Part shown: positions 27,241 through 35,259 of the stretch, in pieces
Position numbering within the stretch: the first letter of the stretch is position 1
Layout: each line of letters opens with the position of its first letter
Assembly: GCA_028292485.1 (NCBI GenBank)
Contig: JAQGMG010000054.1
Location: forward strand, 18,633-82,632
Direction: 5' to 3'
DNA: 64,000 nucleotides
DNA from: Rhodocyclales bacterium
Lineage (GTDB): Bacteria; Pseudomonadota; Gammaproteobacteria; Burkholderiales; Rhodocyclaceae
The notes under the pieces: generated by a model
The model's input: only the letters and a program-made list of their open reading frames with translations
The model's database searches: none
Told to the model about the DNA's origin: nothing
Translations under genes and position numbers: made by a program

Positions 27241-28260
27241 ATGCTTCGCATGAGTGCTCGCACAATTCCTTTTTCGGTTCTCGACCTCGCGCCCATCACG
27301 GAAGGCAGTGACGCGGCGCAATCTTTTCGCAACACGCTTGATCTCGCGCAGCATGCCGAGCGCTGGGGCTTCCAGCGCTACTGGCTGGCCGAGCATCACA
27401 GCATGCCGGGCATCGCCAGCGCGGCCACGGCCGTGGTGATCGGTCACGTCGCCGCAGGCACTTCGACTATCCGTGTCGGCGCAGGCGGCATCATGTTGCC
27501 GAACCATTCGCCCTTGGTGATTGCCGAGCAGTTCGGCACGCTCGAATCGCTGTTTCCCGGGCGCATCGATCTGGGCCTTGGACGTGCGCCGGGTTCTGAC
27601 CAGGCCGCCGCGCGTGCCATGCGGCGCAGTCTCACCAGCGGCGACGAATTTCCACAGGACGTCGTCGAATTGATGGGTTACTTCGAGCCCGCCGGGCCGG
27701 GTCAGCGCGTGCGTGCCGTACCCGGCGAAGGTCTAAAAGTGCCAGTCTGGATTCTCGGCTCCAGTCTGTTCGGCGCGCAGCTTGCTGCCGCACTCGGCTT
27801 GCCCTATGCGTTCGCCTCGCACTTCGCACCCGAGCAGATGATGGAAGCCATCGCCCTGTACCGCGCGCAATTTCAGCCATCGACGCAACTTGATAAACCA
27901 TATGTCATGCTCGGTTTCAATGTCTTCGCCGCAGATACCGATGAAGAGGCGCAGGTGCTTGCTACGTCCATGCAGCAGGCCTTCGTCAACTTGCGCAGCG
28001 GTCGCCCGTCGCGCCTCAAGCCGCCCGTGCCGGGCTATACAGATTTGCTCGCGCCGCATGAGAAAGCCTTGTTGGCGAACGTGCTCTCAAGCTCGGCCGT
28101 TGGCGCACCCGCCACCGTGCGTGCAAAGCTTGCAGCGTTCATTGAACGCACGGGTGCCGATGAGCTGATGATCACCTGCCAGATGTTCGACCACCGCGCG
28201 CGCGTGCATTCCTTCGAGATTGCTGCACAGGCGCGTGACAGCCTGACCCTTGAAAAGTAG
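27241..28260 (+). CDS. LLM-class (luciferase-like) flavin-dependent oxidoreductase
   Basis: Contains FSVLDLAP...[17 protein letters not shown]...[20 protein letters not shown], typical of the YhbW-like LLM family. Confidence 0.85.
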   Translation: MLRMSARTIPFSVLDLAPITEGSDAAQSFRNTLDLAQHAERWGFQRYWLAEHHSMPGIASAATAVVIGHVAAGTSTIRVGAGGIMLPNHSPLVIAEQFGTLESLFPGRIDLGLGRAPGSDQAAARAMRRSLTSGDEFPQDVVELMGYFEPAGPGQRVRAVPGEGLKVPVWILGSSLFGAQLAAALGLPYAFASHFAPEQMMEAIALYRAQFQPSTQLDKPYVMLGFNVFAADTDEEAQVLATSMQQAFVNLRSGRPSRLKPPVPGYTDLLAPHEKALLANVLSSSAVGAPATVRAKLAAFIERTGADELMITCQMFDHRARVHSFEIAAQARDSLTLEK

Positions 28261-28268
28261 GTCGAAAA

Positions 28269-28357
28269 GTAGGTCGGAAAAGCGAAGCGCCTTCCGACGC
28301 TTGTTCAGTTTTGTGAGAAATGCAAACGTCGGAAGGCGCTTCGCTTTTCCGACCTAC
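28269..28357. repeat. REP doublet (REPIN)
   Basis: gtaggtcggaaaagcgaagcgccttccgacg (28269-28299) is mirrored by its reverse complement at 28327-28357. Confidence 0.75.
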
Positions 28358-28483
28358 GCCTGGCGACCCACCGCAGGCACATGAAGTGCTGCATGTGAGT
28401 GCCGCGCGGACATTCGCGCATCAAGCTTGTCCGGACTCACGCAACTCTCATGACCTCAGCATTTCCACAAAACAATTTTCATC

Positions 28484-29605
28484 ATGGCTAGGCGCGCAAG
28501 CTGGCTTGGTGCCTGGAATGCGCTCTCCAGGGCAGCGACGAAAAGTACGGTTCGCACACACAAGAAGGTTGGCAAAGCTGTCAGCAAGGCTGTGGGCAAG
28601 GCGGTCGGTCAGGCAACTGCACGCCAGACCACACAGATGACAAAAGCAACGCGTCGGGTATTGACCGGTGTCGTGTCGCCAGCGGCTGCGCCGAGCAATC
28701 GCGGCCGCGGTCACTGGCAGGAAGCGCACTGGGGCCTCGGCCCGCTTGCCCAACGTAAATACCGCCTGTTCACGCCGGCCGGTGTCACGAAGTCGCGTCC
28801 GGCCACCTTGCTCGTGCTATTGCACGGCTGCGGACAGGACTCCGCAAGTTTCGCGGCCAGCACACGCGTCGCTGCCATTGCGCGGGCTGCCGGCTGCATG
28901 GTGCTCTTGCCGGAACAGTCCTCCCAGGCCAATTCCCAGCGTTGCTGGAACTGGTTTCGCGCCGAGGCACATATCGCGGCAGAAGCCACCTTGTTGATGG
29001 CAATCATCGAGCGCGTATGTAATCAACATGCCGTCAGAGCCGATAGCATCTATCTTGCCGGCATGTCGGCGGGTGGCAGCATGGCGTTGACCCTGGCGTT
29101 GCGTTATCCCGAACGCTTTGCAGCCGTCGTCAGTCACTCGGCTGCCGCGCCGCACAGTGCCAGCAATGCCGTGCAGGCGACGCAAGCGATGCACGGCAAG
29201 CGCGCGCCTGACACACTGGCCCTGCAACGCGCATTGGGCGAGCGAGCATTGCCGCCGTTACTCCTGTTGCATGGCGAGGCTGACCACACCGTTGTTCCCG
29301 ATAACGCCCTGGCCTGTGCCGCACTCTGGCTAGGGCTGCTGTCACAGGCGGTGCCCGCGCCACACCCCGCTCGCAAGGTGCAGCGCGGCAGCAGAAGGCC
29401 TTACACCCTGACCGACTGGAAGCTTGGCGGCCGGCCCTATGTGCGCTTGATACGGGTGGCTGGACTTGGCCACGCGTGGAGCGGTGGTGCTGCCGGCCAG
29501 GCCTTCTCCGATGCAACGGGCCCGGATGCCCTGAAGCTGGCGCTGCGCTTCTTCCAGGACTGCAAGGCACGTACGGCGCGGGTCGGGCACGGATCTGGCG
29601 GATGA
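28484..29605 (+). CDS. PHB-depolymerase-family esterase
   Basis: Contains LLVLLHGCGQD...QRCWNWF and the nucleophile elbow GMSAGG, typical of this esterase family. Confidence 0.75.
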   Translation: MARRASWLGAWNALSRAATKSTVRTHKKVGKAVSKAVGKAVGQATARQTTQMTKATRRVLTGVVSPAAAPSNRGRGHWQEAHWGLGPLAQRKYRLFTPAGVTKSRPATLLVLLHGCGQDSASFAASTRVAAIARAAGCMVLLPEQSSQANSQRCWNWFRAEAHIAAEATLLMAIIERVCNQHAVRADSIYLAGMSAGGSMALTLALRYPERFAAVVSHSAAAPHSASNAVQATQAMHGKRAPDTLALQRALGERALPPLLLLHGEADHTVVPDNALACAALWLGLLSQAVPAPHPARKVQRGSRRPYTLTDWKLGGRPYVRLIRVAGLGHAWSGGAAGQAFSDATGPDALKLALRFFQDCKARTARVGHGSGG

Positions 29606-30546
29606 ACGCTACAATGGCCGCCCACACATTTCCGGGAATGCCCGTGTCAGCTCGTCTGGATGTCCTGCCGCAGTATTTCTTTCCCAAGAAAGCGATCACC
29701 GCCTTCGCCGGCTTCGTTGCGGGCAATCGCTGGGGGTTCGTGACCACGCGCATCATTCGCTGGTTCGTGCGCAAATATGGCGTCGACATGAATGAGGCGA
29801 TCAATCCGGACATTGCCAGCTACGCGACATTCAATGACTTCTTCACGCGCGGACTCAAACCCGGCATGCGGCCGCTTGCCGATGCCGATCTGATCTGCCC
29901 GGTCGACGGGGCCATCAGCCAGTTCGGCGCCATCGATCGTCAGCACATCTTCCAGGCCAAGGGGCACCACTACACGATTGCCGCCGTAGTCGGCGGCGAC
30001 GCGCAGCTGGCAGCGCAATTCGAACATGGCAGTTTTGCCACGCTGTACCTGAGCCCCAAGGATTACCACCGTATTCACATGCCATGCGATGGGCGCCTGA
30101 CGCGCATGATTTACGTGCCCGGCGACCTGTTTTCGGTCAACCCGGTCACGGCGCGTGGCGTGCCGGGGCTATTTGCCCGCAATGAGCGTGTCGTCTGCGT
30201 GTTCGAAACTATCGACAAAAATGCGAACGAACCGGGCAGCTCCTTCGTACTGATCCTCGTTGGCGCGACGATCGTCGGCAGCATGCAGACGGTATGGCAT
30301 GGTGTCGTCAACCCGCCACGCACGGGCGATGTACGCGAATGGCATTACGGCGATCAGCCTGGCAGCAAGCAGATCGTGCTGAAAAAAGGCGAAGAGATGG
30401 GCCGCTTCCTGCTCGGCTCTACGGTCGTGATGCTGTTCCCGCAGCAGCTTGCCGGGCGCGCGTTACGTTTCAATCCTGCATGGATGCCGGCCGGTGCGAT
30501 CAGGCTTGGCGAAGAAATGGCGCGCTACGAGTTGTCCGCTGCGTAG
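29602..30546 (+). CDS. psd: phosphatidylserine decarboxylase proenzyme
   Basis: LGST self-cleavage motif (FLLGSTVVMLF) and DYHRIHMP are present. The first ATG overlaps the upstream stop (ATGA). Alternative starts at 29614 and 29638 are equally plausible. Confidence 0.85.
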   Translation: MNATMAAHTFPGMPVSARLDVLPQYFFPKKAITAFAGFVAGNRWGFVTTRIIRWFVRKYGVDMNEAINPDIASYATFNDFFTRGLKPGMRPLADADLICPVDGAISQFGAIDRQHIFQAKGHHYTIAAVVGGDAQLAAQFEHGSFATLYLSPKDYHRIHMPCDGRLTRMIYVPGDLFSVNPVTARGVPGLFARNERVVCVFETIDKNANEPGSSFVLILVGATIVGSMQTVWHGVVNPPRTGDVREWHYGDQPGSKQIVLKKGEEMGRFLLGSTVVMLFPQQLAGRALRFNPAWMPAGAIRLGEEMARYELSAA

Positions 30547-30592
30547 ACAAAAAAGCGCGGCTCGGCGGCCGCGCTTCTGGACCGTTTTTTTC
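30547..30592. terminator. bidirectional intrinsic terminator
   Basis: Stem aagcgcggc/gccgcgctt (30553-30576) is flanked by an A-run upstream and a T-run downstream. It sits between convergent genes. Confidence 0.6.
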
Positions 30593-30595
30593 TGT

Positions 30596-31000
30596 TCAGT
30601 GGCCGCGATGACGACCGTTGTCGTGGTCACCGCCACGGTGGTCGTCGTGGCGGTCATGGTCACGATCACGGCCAGAATGTTCACGGCCGCGTCTTTCATG
30701 CTCCGGCACATACACACGCTGATACCAATCGTCCTGCACGAAATAGACGCGTTCGCCGCAGGCGTTGTATTGGCCGCAATGCTTGCTCCATTGCTTGCGA
30801 TGCCCAGGCGGCACATGCAGATACACCGGTTCGCGTTCAACCACGGTCGGCCCGCGCTGCACAATGACGGGTGACGGCAGGATGAGCACGGGCGGTTGTG
30901 GCAGACCGCCGATATCCACCCGGCCAAAGATATTGACCGTCGCGCCAAACGCCTGGCCGGAAATGATGATGGCCGCAGCGGCCAGAATGAAACGTTTCAT
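30596..31000 (-). CDS. secreted small protein with His/Asp/Arg-rich C-terminal tail
   Basis: ATG at 31000 follows AAGGA. A signal peptide MKRFILAAAAIIISGQAFG is present, and the tail reads GREHSGRDRDHDRHDDHRGGDHDNGRHRGH. Confidence 0.6.
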   Translation of the reverse strand: MKRFILAAAAIIISGQAFGATVNIFGRVDIGGLPQPPVLILPSPVIVQRGPTVVEREPVYLHVPPGHRKQWSKHCGQYNACGERVYFVQDDWYQRVYVPEHERRGREHSGRDRDHDRHDDHRGGDHDNGRHRGH

Positions 31001-31261
31001 GATGTGACGTCCTTTTGAGTAATTGTTATCAGACTGGTTTTGTCCCTTTGATGTTTTTCTTGAGGGACGCTGAATGCTCAGCCTGAGCATAGACGCAATT
31101 GACATGCCCAAGTACCACCCATCTTGAGGCCACGGTACATACATACGCGGAAATGGCCTGTAGATAATGCCATGGACATTACATTCAGCCGGCGATCAGC
31201 TCAGGCCATTTCGTGCAAATCGCACCCATGACAAATGAGATTTGGTAAATGCTCCAATTTT

Positions 31262-31339
31262 CGTCATTCCCGCGAAAGCGGGAATCCACTTGGTGGCACG
31301 GCTTCACGTAGAAGTGAATTCCCGCTTTCGCGGAATGAC
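31262..31339. repeat. family-B double-hairpin repeat
   Basis: Sequence is cgtcattcccgcgaaagcgggaatccacttggtggcacggcttcacgtagaagtgaattcccgctttcgcggaatgac. Confidence 0.8.
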
Positions 31340-31391
31340 TGCAGAAACCGGATTTGCAAATCCGTTTTGCCGTCAGCAAATCAAGTCAATG

Positions 31392-31426
31392 AAATTTGCG
31401 GAGGCGCGCGAGCGGCTCCGCAAATT
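31392..31426 (-). terminator. hairpin terminator downstream of the csbD-like gene
   Basis: 10-bp stem atttgcggag/ctccgcaaat, followed on the minus strand by a T-rich stretch. Confidence 0.5.
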
Positions 31427-31449
31427 GTCACTGCTGAAGAAATACCCGC

Positions 31450-31635
31450 TTACGAACGGCGGATGACCTTCTTCATGTCAGCCTTGGCATCACCGTAATT
31501 CTTCTGGACGGTGCCCTCGACTTGCCGGGCGTCGCCCTTGGCTTCGAGCTTGCTGCTGCGGGTTACCTTGCCAGCGGCTTCTTCAATCTTGCCGCCAACC
31601 TTCTTTGCTGCACCCTTGATTTGGTCCTTGTTCAT
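31450..31635 (-). CDS. CsbD-family stress-response protein
   Basis: ATG at 31635 lies 6 nt after AAGGAG. The product MNKDQIKGAAKKVGGKIEEAAGK...KGDARQVEG is typical of CsbD. Confidence 0.8.
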   Translation of the reverse strand: MNKDQIKGAAKKVGGKIEEAAGKVTRSSKLEAKGDARQVEGTVQKNYGDAKADMKKVIRRS

Positions 31636-32555
31636 TTTCAACTCCTTCGATTATTTGAACGGCGATTCAGCCACTGGCTTAGCCGCAAGGCCTGTGCCCA
31701 CCTGTGCAGAAGGGTCGGAAAGAAGTGGGGACTTTCCTCGCCGTGACACGGTCGAGAGCGATCACGTCGACATGTAGATATGCATGCAGCGGGTCGTGGA
31801 ATTTCAACTATTCAGGTTTTGATCTTGGTCACCTTGCCTGGGCCTGCGTAGAATCGGGGATTCTGTCGGCCGTCGCGGCAGCTGCGCAGTGCAACTGCAG
31901 ACAATCAGGCAGCAAGCAGAATGGAATGAAGTGTCCGTGCAAGGCGCAGCGCCTGCACCGGTTGCTGCGCCATTCGTTGCGCACTTGAGTGCAGGCGCTT
32001 GCGGCGTCGCAGGTGGTGGCGCATCAAGCCCGATTGACGTGACATGGCCGCGCGGTAGCGCTGACCTGAATCGCCGTGAAGGCACGGGCACAGAGGGCGG
32101 CGGCAGGCATTGGCAGTGTTGGGAGGATTTGGTTTTCCTGTCGTGCGCCCCTGGTTTTGCAGGAAATGTTCAAAGGGTTTAAAAGGATTTCTGAATAAAT
32201 TCTGGCCCGCAATCTCTGCTGGCGAGATCGATATATCGAGCTTCACGATGCTTCCAGTATGGATTCAAGCCACGCTGGGTGATTTCGACGGGCAATGCCA
32301 CGCTTGCAGACGAGGGCGCGATGGTTTGTATCGGAGCAGGCGAGTGCAGGTATTTGCCATGGTGGACACGTACTCGGACACATAAACAGGCATGTAAGCG
32401 GACCCGTAGTCAGCAAAAAAAATCTGCAAATAGTCGCATTCACAGAGCCTCTCTAAGCCTCTATTTGCAGGAAGGAATTGTTACCCATCAATCGTTACCC
32501 ACCAATCATAGTGAACAAAAGTTCTCTATGCAAGCATGATAGGGAAATATTTTTC

Positions 32556-32918
32556 GTGAGTATCGGAAAGCGTTTGAAGGCAGAGCGACTGCGTCTGGAG
32601 AAGCCTCAAGTGGCGCTTGCCCAGCTATGCGGTGTGACCAAGCGCACCCAGGTCAATTACGAATCGGACAGGCGTCTTCCCGATGCGCAATATCTGGCTT
32701 CGTTCGCCGCGGCTGGCGGGGATCTTCTGTATGTCGTGACTGGCACGCGATTCAGCTACCAGGCGGCTGGCACCGACGCTGCAAATGTCATGCTCCTGCA
32801 TGAGCCGATGCTGCCGCCACGTGAAGCCGCCTTGCTGGAGCACTACCGCTCTGCCGACGATGCCGGCAGACGCGCGCTGGAGCAGACGGCAGCCGCACTG
32901 GGCATGGACAAGCCCTGA
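32556..32918 (+). CDS. XRE-family helix-turn-helix transcriptional regulator
   Basis: GTG at 32556 follows AGGGAAA. Contains SIGKRLKAERLRLEKPQVALAQLCGVTKRTQVNYESDRRLP, a cI/Cro-type HTH. Confidence 0.7.
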   Translation: MSIGKRLKAERLRLEKPQVALAQLCGVTKRTQVNYESDRRLPDAQYLASFAAAGGDLLYVVTGTRFSYQAAGTDAANVMLLHEPMLPPREAALLEHYRSADDAGRRALEQTAAALGMDKP

Positions 32919-33739
32919 GCCGCGGCGAACCCGTTACGGCTGGACGACGGCGCTTTGCCGGTACTCGCGAGAATCAGATCGATCGTTTGCTGTGGCATAT
33001 CCCAATGGGGAAAGTGCCCGCTGTGTTCGAACCAATGCAGCTGCGCGTCGGGGAACAGCGCGCTGGCCCGCTCGGCCTGGCGCACGAAGCACACACGATC
33101 ACGCCGTCCCCAGCCGATCACCAGCGGTGGCTTGATGCTGCCAGGCGCCGCACCCGCTTGCGCTTCGCCATGAGCAAGCCGATAGAGCAGCTCGTCGAAA
33201 GATGGCGACTTGACGTAGCTATGCATCTCGTCAATCAGCAGCTGTGCGGGCAGCTTCCAGGGCCGCGCCGATAGCTGCGCGAAGCATACCGTTCGTGTCA
33301 CCGCGTGGCATGCGATCCATGGCATGAGCGGCTGCAGGATGCGCACCAGGCGAATCGACACGTAGAGCGAGCTGTAGAAAACCGGTATTTCCCAACTCCG
33401 CCAGAAACCGCCCGGATCGAGCGACACTACCGCACCCAGCACACCGCCGCGGCGCGCCAGTTCCAGTACGAGCCGTGCCCCCATCGAGCTGCCGACAGCA
33501 TCAATGCCAAGCAGATTATTGTCGGTAAGGAATGCCGTCAGCGCATCGGCGAACGTGCGAATCGAAGCTTCGCCCTGCAGCGGTGGCGTGTCGCCGTGGC
33601 CGGGCAGATCGACCGCGATCACCTCGCGCGTTTCGGCCAGAGCGTCGAGGATCGGGCTCCATGATCGCCAGCTGCCGCCGAGGCCATGTATGAGCAACAG
33701 CGGTTTGCCGCGGCCCTTGCGGACGTGATGCATGTGCAT
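32843..33739 (-). CDS. alpha/beta-fold hydrolase
   Basis: ATG at 33739 follows GGAGA. Contains LLLIHGLGGSWRSW and the nucleophile elbow GSSMGA. The 103 upstream codons of the track ORF were rejected. Confidence 0.8.
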   Translation of the reverse strand: MHMHHVRKGRGKPLLLIHGLGGSWRSWSPILDALAETREVIAVDLPGHGDTPPLQGEASIRTFADALTAFLTDNNLLGIDAVGSSMGARLVLELARRGGVLGAVVSLDPGGFWRSWEIPVFYSSLYVSIRLVRILQPLMPWIACHAVTRTVCFAQLSARPWKLPAQLLIDEMHSYVKSPSFDELLYRLAHGEAQAGAAPGSIKPPLVIGWGRRDRVCFVRQAERASALFPDAQLHWFEHSGHFPHWDMPQQTIDLILASTGKAPSSSRNGFAAAQGLSMPSAAAVCSSARLPASSAER

Positions 33740-34140
33740 GGCGTGTGGTCTCCGGTATGCAGTGTTCGTCAAGGTGTCGATGCGAGTGCAGCCTGCATCG
33801 AGCGTACGTGTTTTGCATCGGTGCCCTTGTTCGCCGGCGCACGCAAGCCGGTCATCTGTGCCGGAGTCATCCATCACTCGTGCAAGAACTGCCGCATGTG
33901 TTGCGCCCGAAGCTGTAGCTTTTGCAATTTCGCGCGGCTTTCGATATCGCCAATGCGTGCCCGGCATTGCAGCAAGCAGCACCAAAGCCCCTGCCAGCGG
34001 GGCTTGCAGCCCATGGCGGCAACCTTTGACAGCGTACTGGCCCTGCACTTGCTAGGTAAGCTGTTTGCGGCCGCTTTGGCACATTGTCGTCGGGTATTAC
34101 GACTGTCCGGTTACGCTGCCGGAAGGGCCTCCGTTCAATC

Positions 34141-35259
34141 ATGAGTGTGCAAATGACTACCGCAACGCCCGACCCGAGCTTTCAGCCTGCTGCAGGGCTT
34201 ATCCCGACCGAGCCGATCGGCAGCATTCCGCGCCCGCTTCGACTGATCGAGGCGCTTGCCGGGCGGGACGGCGCCGACCCGTTGCTGGATGACCTGTATG
34301 AGGATGCCATCCGCGACACGATCGCGCGTTTCGAGGCCACCGGCTCTCCCGTGATAACCGATGGTGAACAGCGCAAATATCACAACTTCCTGACCTACTG
34401 CGTACATGGCTTGCCGAACATGGCACCGGACGGTTTCAAGATCCCGTTTGCCGCCGGCCACACGCGCCGCATACCGCGCCTGACCGGCGGCCCGTTTCGC
34501 TATAAGCGATACGCCGACAGCTATCTCGACACGGCGCTGCGTCATGCCAGGGTGCCGGTCAAGCAGGCCGTCATATCGCCTTCGGCGCTGAGCCTGCTGT
34601 ATCCGGCCGAAGCCATTGCCGATTACTCGCGCGATGAGTTCATCGACGATCTGCTCAACGAGCACGAGAAAGAGATCAGGCAATGCCTGCTCAAGGGCGC
34701 GCACAAGGTGCAGGTGGACTTCACCGAGGGACGCCTGGCGGTCAAGATCGACCCGAGCGGCGCTCTGCTGCACAGCTTCATCGATCTGAACAACCTTGCG
34801 CTGTCGCGTTTTTCTGCCGCTGAACGTCAGCGCATCGGCGTACACACCTGTCCTGGCGGCGACCGCGATTCGACCCATAGCGCGGACATTGACTACGCCG
34901 AGCTGTTGCCCAGCTTGTTCGAATTGCACGCGGGCAATTTCTATCTCGCGCTGGCTGGCGAAAAAGATCCCGAGCGTGTCCTGAAAATAATTCGTGATTG
35001 CGTCAAGCCCGAGCAGCGCGTTTTCGTCGGCGTCGTGTCACCCATCGATCCGCATATCGAGACGCCGGAAGAGGTACGCGATCGCGTGCTGCAAGCGGCG
35101 AAATACATACCCGTCGGGCAGCTTGGCACGACCGACGACTGTGGCTTCTCACCGTTCTGCGACGATACGTCGACCAGTCGCGACACCGCTTTCGCCAAGA
35201 TCCGCGCGCGCGTGCTCGGCACGGCAATGGCGGCAGAAATTCTGGGAGGAAGAAGTTGA
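34141..35259 (+). CDS. cobalamin-independent methionine synthase (MetE C-terminal-like) family protein
   Basis: 372-aa product with IPTEPIGSIPRP, ITDGEQRK, HTCPGGD and DDCGFSPF segments typical of the MetE-like family. Confidence 0.8.
   Translation: MSVQMTTATPDPSFQPAAGLIPTEPIGSIPRPLRLIEALAGRDGADPLLDDLYEDAIRDTIARFEATGSPVITDGEQRKYHNFLTYCVHGLPNMAPDGFKIPFAAGHTRRIPRLTGGPFRYKRYADSYLDTALRHARVPVKQAVISPSALSLLYPAEAIADYSRDEFIDDLLNEHEKEIRQCLLKGAHKVQVDFTEGRLAVKIDPSGALLHSFIDLNNLALSRFSAAERQRIGVHTCPGGDRDSTHSADIDYAELLPSLFELHAGNFYLALAGEKDPERVLKIIRDCVKPEQRVFVGVVSPIDPHIETPEEVRDRVLQAAKYIPVGQLGTTDDCGFSPFCDDTSTSRDTAFAKIRARVLGTAMAAEILGGRS

Noticed and set aside
32843-32918. 76-nt convergent overlap of the XRE regulator and alpha/beta hydrolase 3' ends as a possible antisense regulatory arrangement.
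   Set aside because: The hydrolase tail (...AAAVCSSARLPASSAER) looks like a non-conserved read-through extension. The overlap is more likely an annotation artefact of late stop codons in GC-rich DNA.
33740-34140. Possible cobalamin riboswitch in the 400-nt region upstream of the MetE-like gene.
   Set aside because: I could not find the conserved core (GGGAA, GGUG..AAUCC, GCCACUG / B12-box-like AGxCAGGAGACCUGCC). Only a weak GCCGGAAGGGCC resemblance exists. A covariance-model scan would settle it.
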